NCBI GenBank assembly: GCA_012295275.1
Contig: CM022670.1
Coordinates: 18,290,001 to 18,354,000 of the forward strand
DNA length: 64,000 nt
DNA from: Chrysomallon squamiferum
Taxonomy: Eukaryota; Animalia; Mollusca
Direction: 5' to 3'
In this document: in pieces, positions 1 to 13,200 of the stretch
Layout: each line of letters starts with the position of its first letter
How positions within the stretch are numbered: position 1 is the first letter of the stretch
Program-made: the position numbers and the translations under genes
The notes under the pieces: generated by a model
The model's database searches: none
The model's input: the letters and a program-made list of their open reading frames with translations, nothing else
Told to the model about the DNA's origin: nothing

Positions 1-92
1 TGCTTTACAGCACTTTAGGTAATTATTCCTAGTCTTCAGGCACTTAAGTCTCTATGACCTACAAAAACCCGTAAAAAGGTTGAGAAACGATG
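1..92. mobile_element. Right end of a probable hAT-Charlie-type non-autonomous element
   Basis: AAAAAGGTTGAGAAACGATG at 73-92 resembles a Charlie-type terminal sequence. The left end would lie outside the window. Confidence 0.35.
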
Positions 93-262
93 CTCCATAC
101 TAAAATCTAAGACATTCATTGTAGGTTAACACATTGTGTACAGTGGTTCGTTCCATAATATATATTTAATTTAACAAAATTCTTTTAAAAGACAACAACA
201 ACAAAATAAAAAATCCATAACTTGCTAAAGTTAGAGAACTTATTTTATTTTCGGAAGTTAAC

Positions 263-483
263 ATTTAAAATGTTTACAGCTTTTTTCTTCCTTAACAGTA
301 TGGTACATATTACAGATTAATTAATTATCACGTGGAAAACATTAACGATTATTATTATTATTATTATTATTAACAAGACTAACAAAAGACCAAGGAAAGT
401 TTTATTTGAACTGTTTACAGCTTTTGACCTCCTTAATAGTATCGTACATACTACAGAAAAAGTATCACTTGGAAAACATCAAC
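263..483 (+). repeat. Diverged direct duplication (~80 bp x2) upstream of the receptor gene
   Basis: TGTTTACAGCTTTT..CCTTAA.AGTAT.GTACATA.TACAGA...TATCAC.TGGAAAACAT.AAC occurs at ~263-347 and ~404-483. Confidence 0.8.
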
Positions 484-650
484 TTCCTTGTATGCAACGA
501 AGAGTAAGAGGTCACATTTCCGAGAAGAACATTTTGTTTCCGCAAAATCTTTGTTATCCTCACGTCCTGCAACATCGCCTATCACTTTCGCGAAGCACGC
601 GTAAGAAACAACAGCAGTAAAACAAACAAAAAAGCGATGTATTAATAACA

Positions 651-973
651 ATGGATGAATTTTTCCCATTTATTTTCGTTTGTGTTTTGTCAGTCAGTTT
701 GGGACAAAGTGAGTAAAATGAACATGAAGTTATTATTTTTTCATTTTTACACTCTTTACTAACAATAAAGTATTGTAAGCTCGTAACGATGCGTGGAGAT
801 TGACATTTGTCCTTTCAGACTGACATAATTTTCATACAGAAATTGTAGAAGAGGGAAAATAACAGATACATGATAGATTAACTTGATTTCGTGACTGATT
901 TATTTGCATACATACGTTCTAACATTAATGCATGCATGCAGACGTGCAAATATAAGTATGAAAATAGGTATGC

Positions 974-1035
<62 letters not shown>

Positions 1036-2105
1036 AGCGTCTTTATTATTAATACTGAAATGAAATATTTTAAAGCTGTGAAAGTTTTTCAATAAAATTT
1101 ATTCATTTATATATGTTTAATTCTTATGATACATTATCGTTGTTGATATTATTACTGTTGTTGTTATTTTATTTTATTTCATCGTTGGTGTTTCTGCTGC
1201 TGTTGCAGCTGCTGTTATTGTTACTATTACTACTGTTTTACACAGGATCGGGACATGTATACATACTTGTCACAGATAATCATGCTGACAGTATTTGGAA
1301 AATTGATGTTAACAACAGCAGCTGCACTGCTATTTCTGTAACAGATCACATTAACCCAATCGCTCTTGATTATGATCCTGTTCAAAACAAAATCTACTGG
1401 ACAGATGTTTCGAGAAAGGATATTAGATGCTGTGGTTTCGACGGCGAGGATGTAACATTGGTTTATAAACTAAATTCAGGTATTTCTAATATATACACCT
1501 GCATATATATTCAGTCCAGATCCATTTCTTAGGTGTTAGAAAGACGCACAAATACCCACAGCTAACTTTAGTACTGATTAAAGAAAACAAAAAACATATA
1601 AACAAAACAAAAAATAAGATACCTTATTATTATTATCGTTGTTATCATCATTATCATTATTTTTTTTAAATATTGCCCCTTCTAGGAAACATTTGCTTTC
1701 ATTCATGATTTCGATTGAACCATGAAAAGAATTTAGCAGTCTTAAAGTTATAGCAGTCAAGTATTTAGCAGTCATTAATGTTTTATGCAGCTTTAAGGGT
1801 ATAAGAAAATAAATTCTATGTATAACCTAGCTGAATGAATTGCATTCTCGTTGCTTTAGTAACATTTTAAATTCCACTTTCTGTTTCTCGCTATCCGTAC
1901 GTAACATATGCACGTACCTGAGTTTTAATCAAGTGTTTGTATATCGAAGTAAAAATAGTTGAATACCTCGCTGTATTGTGGCTTTATTTTTGTTATATAT
2001 TGACGCTCTGGAAGAGAAAAAAAAGTATCAGTTTAAATACTTTTAGTCTGTTGTCATTTTTTTCTTCTTTTTGTTGTTGTTGTTGTTGTTGTTGTTGTTC
2101 TTCTT

Positions 2106-2170
<65 letters not shown>

Positions 2171-4353
2171 CGATGTATTTTCATTACAAATATTTATAAA
2201 ACGTTTATAAAATAACAGATTATAATAAGTTAATAATATTAAAATATTGTGCTGCGTTATTGTTTAACAAAATACTTTTCTTTCCTTTTTTTTTAAATTT
2301 ATTTATTTATTTATTTTTTGAAATTTTTGTTTTACTTTATTTTATCCTTTCTGAATTATCAGGCGCTGTACAAGATGGCATGGTTCTAGATCCAATTTCA
2401 AGATTAATATTCTATACGGATACAGGAAATGATGTAATTGGCCTGATTGAACTGAAGCACTATCGACATAAAACAGTGATAGATGACAATTTAAACGAAC
2501 CTCGAGGAATAGCTCTTGAAAGAAAGAATGGGTGAAATAAATAATAAATTGTTATGCTAGTGTGACCTTTTGTTTCAGTCTAACTTCGAGTTGGTCTTTG
2601 GGGTTTTTGCTGTTGGCTAGAAAAGTCCACTGTTATAGATTTTACCATAGTTACAATTATGACTATTTATTTCTTTTTTCTAGCTGTTTCGAATCAGACT
2701 AAACTTTTAAAGTTTAATTTTGTTTGTGTCAAATAAGATATCGAACCTTACAATACATTTAAATTTTATAACAAAGTGTAGAAGGCAGATACGGACCGAA
2801 ACACGTAAGGTAACACGTCCTAGTTTTTACTAACAATAAAGAAGTAGTGTAAGTTCATGGGGAATACGCATTGATTGACATTTTTACCTTTACACTGATG
2901 CCAGTTTACAAAGAAATTTATGAAGATACATTAAATTCAGATTAACAGTTATCTTGGCGGATAGTAGGAATGTATATCTAAACGTATTTTTATAATTACT
3001 TTTGGTAGAAACATTACACAAAGATTGTTTGGTCACTTATCATTGTTTAAATAGCTTTTATTCCTAAATATTAAAAGTAGCAATAATGCAGTATGAATTT
3101 AGGACGAATTACCCAGTAAGTTAAAATATAGAAAACTGAACATGTAGACCATTACATTAAAAAAAAAAAAAATAAGAATAAAAATTAAGTAGGGGGTTAA
3201 ATATTGGTTATAGAATTAAAAGTTTCTGGTTTCATTTCTTAGCGTGCAAATGAAAGTACCTTTCACAATCCAAATATTTTTTTCTAAATTTATATTTTCT
3301 TCTTATTATTTTATTAACAGTTAGTAAACAGTAACTAAACGAAAATAAATCACAAGTTATACATCACATGATGCTAGCATACCATATAAAGTGGATGTAT
3401 GTGACCCATCTGTCTATATCATACTCACTACGTGTCACCGTTCCTACATTAAGTGAATATCGGATGGCACTCACTGTTCCAGGAGAATCAAAGACTGGCT
3501 TCATACCTTAAGGAATATTTGTCCGTTAAATCCAAAATCCATTTAATCGAGTTCAGGATTTACTGTATTTACTTCTTTTTTTTTTTTTTTTTTTTTATCT
3601 TTTAAAAAAAAAAAAAATAGAATCTCTAATACTAATTGAAATAAACAAATGAAATTACTGAAAAGTGTTTTCAGTGTTAGATGCATATACTGTTGTTCAC
3701 AACAGTACAAGGATATAATGGTTCACAACTAGGTAATGCAAGATTTCCGTCAACTGTTATGTGAAATCAGCACTAGAAGTCAGAAAATTTAAATTAATAT
3801 CATCATACTTCGTATCAATCACTCTCTGTTAATCTGTTAATATTATAAATAATTTGAATATTTTCGTTGTTTGTAGCTTGATGTATTGGACAGACTGGGG
3901 CACGCAGGCAAAAATAGAAAGGTCCACATATTTAGGTGAAAACCGTACGGTTCTTGTTTCTAGTGGTCTCGGTTGGCCAAATGGAATAACTCTTGATATT
4001 CAAGGTATTGTATTTACTCTAACAAGTCTGCTTACCTTTACCTCTGTTTAGCTTTTCCCCATTTTGTTTCTCCAGGAAGACTCACTGGAGAGCCACTTGT
4101 GGTAGAACTGTTATGTTCATTCTTATGACATAACCAATCTACAGCAATCTTTGAACTGGTAATTTCATTAGAATTAGATTACTGAAAAAATATAACACAA
4201 AGTATGTATTTGTTTGGTGTTGAAATTAAGAAAAAAAAAATGGTTATTTTTTAATATAAAGGTGCAGTTTATTAATGATCCTAAATTCTACTTCTTGTCA
4301 TTTTGATATATGTTTTTTCTTATTTATTTATTTTTTAATTGATTGATTGACTG

Positions 4354-4385
<32 letters not shown>

Positions 4386-7300
4386 TATATTTTAATTATA
4401 ATTTATAATTTGTTATATTGTTGTTTCTGTTTTTTTTTTTTTTTTTTTTTTTTTCTAGCCCAAAAGATATACTGGTGTGATGCTAAATTAGACAAAATAG
4501 AAGTGCTGGATTTTGATGGCAGTAATAGAAGGAAAATCAAAGCTATACCATTACAGCATCCCTATGATATTTTTCTCTTTGAAAATGTACTGTACACTAC
4601 AGACTGGAAAACAAGGTAAAACACACACACACACACACACACAAATACAGAAGATGTTTATTACATTTAAGAATGAATTACTTTAAAGGCTGTTTAACAT
4701 TTTTTATTCATAATTGTTATTTTGTGTGTACTAATATTAATATATTGATTCTGAAAATGTCCTGTTTTGATTCCATGTTTCTTTTATAATTTCAATCGTG
4801 GGTATTCGTCTTGCACAAATTACATTATAATTGAAATTTCAGAAAAATACACGTCTACGATCTTAATGGAGGCTCTGATTATTCACTAAGTAATAGTCGT
4901 TTTGAACATCTTAATGGAATTCATGTCTTCAGAGTGAACAAATTTAAGAATGGTATGCTAGATACAAATAAATTCAGACATACAGACACATACACAAACA
5001 TGTATACACAGAGACATGTATACACACAAACAGAGAGAGAGAGAGAGATATGTATGTAATGTAGTATGTGTAAGTGTCTGAGCGTTTACATTACATGTGT
5101 CGGTATGTATGTATAGGTAGTATATTATATAGATGTGTACATGTGTGTATTTAATTGTGTATACTTGTGTTTAAGTGTGTGTGTGTGTCTGTGTGTCTTT
5201 TGTGTGAATAAGTCGGAAGACATATTTATTCTACGATCATTAAAAAGTAAGCAATCATCAATACTAATATAATTTGGATATAAATAAGAAACAAATAGAA
5301 TGAATTAAGAAGGTGCAATCTGCAACAACTGACCTAAATATGAAGATATCTAGGAGAGAACAAACAACATTCATAAAATACAGTATATTTGAAAATAATA
5401 GTAACTTTATATTTATAAGTGTAAACATGAAAGGAAATTCTACCAAAAAGCTTACTTTTTTCAGTATCATTTTGTAAAATACAGTAATATGTATTCAACT
5501 TTCCTCTGTCTATAAATGAAGTAAATGTAATCATGTTGTAACGCAGGATATTTAATGTATATTTCAGTTACAAACGCATGTACAAACGACAATGGTGCGT
5601 GTGAGCACATTTGTGTACCGACGTCCACTGGCCGACAGTGTACATGTTCCGATGGATTTTCCATTCTTTCAGATGGACTGAGATGCGCTAGTAATTTATT
5701 TCTCAGATTTTTAGTATCCCGATATATTAGAAATTAACAGTCTGTTACCCACAATTATGAGATTCTAATCCTAAACACAAATTAATAAATAAACATACAA
5801 ACAAACAAACAAATAAATAAATAACAAAGTAAAGAAAATAAACTCCGCAAACTAAATTGTAAAATTTCAAAAACATATTATCTTTTTTCATACAAGTAGT
5901 TTTTATTTAATATAATTCGTTCTTGTTCAAATATATATATATATATATATATATATTCATTTATTTCTGAATGTAGCAATATTTTTATATTAATGTATAA
6001 ATAAAAACCCGTAACGAGATTACAGTGTTATAAATAACAAAAAAAGAGCCAACGTTAGTAAGAATGTTTCATAAATTTAAATGTAAATAGTTTTTTCAGC
6101 TCTCTCTCTCAAATTTACATGAATAAATTTTATTTCAATTACATTTTATAGATAGTATGTCAAATTAAATTATATTAATGTATTTACGTGAGTTCAAGTT
6201 ATTACTCCAGACACAGAAATCTTTAGTGATAGATCCTGAGTTGAAAGTAAAACAGCTGAAAAAGTACATTTATATAAAACCAGTTGTTATACTCTAATCA
6301 AATAAGTTTTATATTAAATTTAAAAACAAAAACAAAACATTTTATTACTTTACTTTTGTTTGCTTTTTCAATTCATTTTTAATTTTTATAACTGATGTCT
6401 CTAACCAAAGTGACTTACAATAGGAAAAACTTTAATTTAAAATTCCTGTTTTATTTAACTACATCCATTTCTCATGAGATCATGATAATATTATTAACCA
6501 ATATTTCATTAAAAAGTCTGCTCTTATTTATTATTATTTTTAGTTTTATCAATTACTATGTCAAGATTATTTAGGTTTTCTTCTTTTGACTGCAAGAAAC
6601 ACTAACACACACAGACAGACACCCACACACACAGAGTTATGTAGTAAATATTATGTCATGAACAATGAATTCACATTTTAATATAGTCTATTCAGTCTTT
6701 TACACACAATTATGAAATGCCAATCCTATACAAAAATAAATAAATAAACAAATAAATAAGAAAATAAATGAAAAACACTCGCAAACAAAACTGTAAAATT
6801 TTAAAAACATTTAATCTTTTTTTTTTTTTCGTAATAGTACAGATGATTTTATATGCAGTTAGTAAGCTTTAATATAATTCATTTATTTCCCAAAAAACTA
6901 AATGTTTATATATATCTAAAAAAAAAAAAAAAATCGGATTTTCCTTCCTAGGAAACTGCAGTTCTACTGGTTCTTCATGTAATGTACACTTCAACAACAG
7001 TCACATCATCTATGAAAATGGCACAGTTCAAAAAGACAGTGGAGGAATCTGCGTTGCCCCTGACAATTGTACAGATTGTAATAAAGGCTTCTATCCAGCT
7101 GCAGGATATTGTAACAGTAAGTGACAACAAAATCTGTCACTAATAAAGCTGTTATCTACTACAAGATATTTTATTAGTGATAACAAAACTCTGCTGTTGA
7201 ATATTATACTACTGCATGAGATATTTTTAGAACTGTTCTTCTAAAGGATTCTGAGATAATTATATTTTGACATGATGACAAACTTAGATAGTAACTTAGT

Positions 7301-9423
7301 GACTTACTTGAACCATTGTAATCTTGTCAATGTTTATTAATGACAAAGAGTAAAGAGGAATAATGAAGTTAGTGAAATTGTCACATAGATATTTGGATTT
7401 TGCTATTGTTCTCAGCACCAAAGGTACATTTTAATAATTTACTTATATTTATGATAAATAAAGATGCAAAAATTTTAAATTATTTTCAAACTTTCAAACT
7501 TTCAGTATGTCATTCAATCAATAATTGTGACTTTGAAGAATGCACAACAGGAAGTGATGAAACATGTTCACATTGTGAGGGTGTGGTCAGTGAAACAGCT
7601 GGACTGCGAGCCTATGTGATGACTTCTGACAAACGAAGCTGCAGAAGTCAGTAATATTAGGGGGTTTTCAGTCGTTTAATATTATGCAGATGTCTGAAGA
7701 ATACTTTGAGTCACTTAATACTATGTTCATTCCGTTGCTGATGCCTATTTTGGTCTTTACAAAACGCCCATCATAATGGAACACTTATCTTTTCCCAGAA
7801 TGTCATCCAGTTATCAAATATATAAAATAGAGGATCATTATATATAAACTTTATTTTTCTGTTTACAGAGGCACTGTCTAGATAAATTGCATTATATTTG
7901 CTTTCAGAAGCCTAATTTAGATATATACTATTATATGTAATAATTGACACTTTACATCATTATTCTGTATGTACTTATGAAATGCTGTTGTAAATACATC
8001 ATTTAAGATAATACACTTTATTAACAGAAGCCTGTTCATGGCGTCATGACAGTACAAGATGTTATCCAGGTCAGTGTGATGGAGAACTGGCTGACAACTG
8101 TAAATGTCATCCTGGATTTACAGGTCACCATTGTGAAACAAGTGAGAACATCTTAATTATTCATTATCTAAATATTAGTACACATACATTGTGAAACAAG
8201 TGAGAACATCTTAATTATTCATTATCTAAATATTAGTACACATACAGTGTGAAACAAGTTAGAAGATTTTAATTATTAATTATCTAAATATAACAGATCA
8301 CCTTTGTGAAAAAAGTGAGAACTTTTTAATTAATAATTATCTACATATTGGTACACAAACACTGTGAAACAAATTAGAACATTTTCTTTATTAATTATCT
8401 AAATATTAATTAGTACACATATACATAGTGAAACAAATGAAAATATTTTAATTCTTAATTATCTAAATGTTAGTAACACCAAATTAAACCAAATTAAATA
8501 AAATTAAATTAAATTAATAAGTAAACAAAGGAATTTGTTCTTTAAAATTAAAATTTTACTATTTATTTCCAGTAACAAAAAAGCCAGGCATGGACATTTT
8601 GGTAAAGATACTGGATGGTGACCAGACAGTTTTTGAAATCGTCAGCAAAAAATATGAAACCTCGTTTTGGACAAGAATTATTACCTTCACTTTAATACAT
8701 TACAGTTTAACTGCCGAATTTATTGTTCATCCTCCTAAGATGCCATCATTTATTAAATATTTTAAGACTGGAATTGTGCAAGGGACTTTGAATTTTAAGC
8801 TTGTCAGAGACAATGGTATTTTTTTATCACTTAACAAAACAGTCGAATAAGTGTAACAAAATTTATCTTTTAAAATTTAAATATACCTGAGACGTCAAAA
8901 GATTTGCTAGACTTTACAACATGATATTAGGATTCTTTGAATAAACGTTCATTCATTTATTCCATGATAATATACATACATATATGTATTATTTAATTTA
9001 AGAATGTAAAAAATAAGGTAAATAAATCTCATTTTATTCATTGTTTTATTGAAGAGGTTTTTAGATATAAAAATAAAGTAAAAATTAAAATAAATATGTT
9101 AAAACAGAATTAATTACATATAATTTATATAAGTCACCTTACAAAGTATGCAATAACAATTTCAAATTGCTCTTTTTGTAACCAACCTGAAGTAGAAATA
9201 ATATTTGTATTAAATAGAAATACTAGACTTTTATTTTTTCGTTATCATATTCCATTATTATTCTTCATTTTCAACAGGTAGTCTTATAGTAACAAACAAC
9301 AGCAGGTCGTGCACATATATAAGCAATCCTAAACCGAATTTAACAGACTGTCTTCAAAACATTAATGCATCATTGCTTTCACCTGATGTTCTGCCATTAC
9401 AAAACAATGACAGGTAAACTGAC

Positions 9424-9470
<47 letters not shown>

Positions 9471-10218
9471 GAATAATTATTTGTTGCAGGGAATGTAAGC
9501 TTTTCTAATATATATGAAGTACAACATGTTTTCTTCCAGACTCGAGTTTCTGTTTAAAATATCTAGTGGTGGCAGTGTTAAAGTGAGAAATATGGAAACA
9601 AATATGCTTGAAACATCTGCCTACAAAGGTCAAACTTACAAGATGCCGATTACAATTAATACTGACTACAACAAACCATACCATTGTTCTGTACGGTCTG
9701 ATTGTGGACACAAAATGTTTGATCTAGATAATATCATAAAAAGTGTAGGTACTGTTTTAAATTTTAGCCTTTATTACGGGAATTCCTAAACATAACAAAA
9801 GCGTTGGTGATGGGATATTTTCTCTAATGTAATTATATACATACCTTTCAAATTACTTTCCATTAAGATTTTCTAAATGCGTGTATGTTTACGTATTGTT
9901 TCACATATCATTTATAATGTTATTTTCTATGATATATATTTATAGATTTATACTTAGCTGGATACTCGAATAATTAGATAAAATTTTCATTTAATTATGT
10001 TACGAATTTTTATTTAGGTCAGTGAGTCTAAAATCTATATCAGGATGGATGGATGGATGGATGATGAATCAGGAATATCTACAATTAATATTAGAGTTAT
10101 TCAGCTTTACTATTCGTCTGGAAAACTACGAGTACAATTGGGAAACTCATTTTTACAAACATCACTGAAATACAATTTGGTAACACTGAGTTCATTTATA
10201 ATATATTCTTTCTTCAAA

Positions 10219-10270
<52 letters not shown>

Positions 10271-13200
10271 TTGTGTTGTCAGTTATAAAATGTTTCCTTT
10301 TATACCACACAGTCGTGAGTGGGAGATCATGCTGAACATCAATTCATTCATTCAATGATTTTTATTCCTAGTTCTAAAAATTTCGTCTGATTACAGGATC
10401 AGACAGCCGAATTCACTGTAACATCTCCTGGTGTCTATACCATTCTGCTGTCAGTCTTTGATAAAGCTCAGAATGAAAGAAAAGCTCGTAGAATTATAAT
10501 GTACGATCCTTTCTCGACAATCACAGTAAATGAAGCTTATCCTATCCGTGTAACATCAGCCTCAGCATCAATAAACTACACCTGGCAAGTGAATACCAAG
10601 AAGATAACAGTGGATTTCACCGACAGATTTGTCAACAAGTTGCAGACGACAAACAACTGGCTGGCTGCTGTAGCAGACGACACAGATATTGATACGCAAT
10701 ACGATGATCAGGAAGGGGAGAGAACTCTACTGGAAGTTGTTAATAAGCAAGGTAAGTAAAGTCCTGGGTTTTTTGTTTTGTTTTGTTTTTCTTTTTTAAT
10801 TACTAGTTGTTTTAATTAAAAGTTGCAGTTAAAAGTAATCAACAGAAAACTAATCAGAAAGGTTTAGGATATATAAATAACCGATAACAATTTATTGCAG
10901 AACTGAAATGACTTAATTTATTTTAGTTTTAAACCGTGTTAATTGATATGAAATTCCGTCATCTAAAGTTCAAAAGAATTCATTTAAAGAGTGATAAGTG
11001 TTTTACTTATATTTCCAAAATAAACTATCTAAATAGTTACAAACAAAAACAAAATGTTGTTACGATTTTGTTTTGAACATCTGTAAAAACAAAAGAAATG
11101 AAATGCATTTTTTTATTTTTTTTTTTTTTTTTATTATTATTTTTTTTTTATGCAAAGTAAATAATAAAATTATTCCAGGTTACTTTTATTGTTAAATCAA
11201 CTCTTACACAACCTTAAACTAACTAAATTTAAAAAAATAAGTTTATTGTTTACAGGAATTGTTCAATTTGAGACTGCTTATTTAATCAATCCTAAAAGAG
11301 AGCAAATGGAAAGAGAACCAAAAGAGGATTTGTTTGAAGACCAAGGATTAAAAACAGTTGTTGAGTTTACTCCTCGAGTTGAAGATGGTGATCTGATTAT
11401 TTTGTGGGTTAAAGCATTTGATATAAAACATAATGTAAAAACAGAAAATGTACATCTTCACATTGATTCATCACCTCCAGAGATCAGAAGAATGACTGTT
11501 GAGGAGATTGAAAACAACAAAACTACGTAAGAAAACCAACAAAATATACTTAATTTTGAATGAAGACACTGGGTCGAGTTAGTGCAGCCCAGGGGTGTCT
11601 AGAGATTAAGTGAAAGTTATTTCATATTTTAAAACTTTTTTTTTTGTTTGAAGATAAAAATCATCTTCTTCTTCTTCTTCTTCTTCTTCTTATTATTATT
11701 ATTATTATTATTATTATCATTATTATAAATAATAGAAACAAAAACTGCAATAATTTACTAATATTATTATCAAAATAATAATAATAATAATAATAACAGA
11801 AGCATGTAATATCTACTATATAATTAAACAGAAAACAATCTACAATTTTATTTAAACTTGGATCACATAAAATGATAAATGAACAAATGTAATTAATAAC
11901 AATAAATATATAACTGAAATAATTCTAGTTAACAATAATAATAATAACAGTTCTATTTAGATGCTAAGTCGAATAGTCTGTTGATTATATGATGCAGGCT
12001 AGTTGATATTTGTTTATATGTGTAATGTACTGTTTTCTCTGGTATTTCAGGCTGTGGGTCAGTGTAGCAGATAAACAGAGTGGCATTGAGAGAATTAGCT
12101 GGGCAATAATTGACAGTAACTCAGGAACTGTATTAGTGTATCAAGAAAAACATATTTCACCTATAGAGGTATGTTTCTGTGGTTTTAATAATCTTTAATA
12201 ATAAATGGTTTGGGCAAGGGTTTTGTTTTCGGTTATTTGTTTCTTAAATTATTAGTCTTTTATTGACATTTTTCATGTTTATTTCACAGAATTTCATTTA
12301 TTTATTTTATTTTATTTTATTTTTTTTATTTTGATTATTATTATTATTTATATTTTTTATTTTTTATTTAATCAAATAGTCAGTTTTACTTTTAAAAATA
12401 TCAATTTATGTGAATTAAATTATTGAAATAGTTTGTTTTCTACAATTAATTTAATTAAACTCTTTTTCAAAATGGTCTTTTTGGAGAAGGATCAGAATCT
12501 GCTAATGAAGCCTAACAATACTGTTATTCATTTACGGAATATCACTGGCTGCAACAAGTCACAATCACTGTCTTGCTACTGCACACAACACTCAGAGTGT
12601 TTTTCAACAAACCATCAATTAACTTTAACCCAGGAAGTGAAAACCAATTACACCTCATGACAGTTGTAACAGTGTGGAATAGGGCACATATTTCAGTGAC
12701 AATTCAGAAACCAGTATGCTTTATTTCAGACTTTACAATTAAATAACATGCACAATAAGAAAGTTAATTCAGGCTCAGCTTACACCGAAATTTATTGTTT
12801 CTCTTACACATTTCATGCATAATATTTATTGTAAGATGATAATCCCGTTACTGGCTCATTTAAGAGGTGTCTACTTTCAGTGGAACAGCTAATAAATATG
12901 AAAAAAAGTTCAGGACTCATTATTTCATATAAAAATGCTTTACTACGATTATTTAATATTCAGATTAACTCATGATGAAACTAAATACTTACAGCTATAA
13001 CTAGATGCAAATTTACTTCTTTTTTTTTAAACTTTTAAAATTAAATAACTGACTGCAGACTAGGATGTTTTAATTAATGCAGTGATGGTAAATATTAATG
13101 CTATTGTTTTTCCATTTTTTTAATATATGCCTGCTGTACATACTGATAATTGAAAATAAAGAAACTTATCAGGTAATTTTTATTTTTGTAGATGATTCCT

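Noticed and set aside
3380-3567. Tigger-like right end (AGGATTTACTGTA) in intron 3
   Set aside because: No matching left TIR was found.
651-5690. Calling the first gene LRP4/LRP5/LRP6/LRP1
   Set aside because: It has only one propeller, no LDL-A repeats and no PPPSP or NPxY tail, so no symbol was assigned.
8129-8478. Regularly spaced repeats resembling a CRISPR array
   Set aside because: The units are contiguous tandem copies with no unique spacers, the context is a eukaryotic intron, and there are no cas genes.
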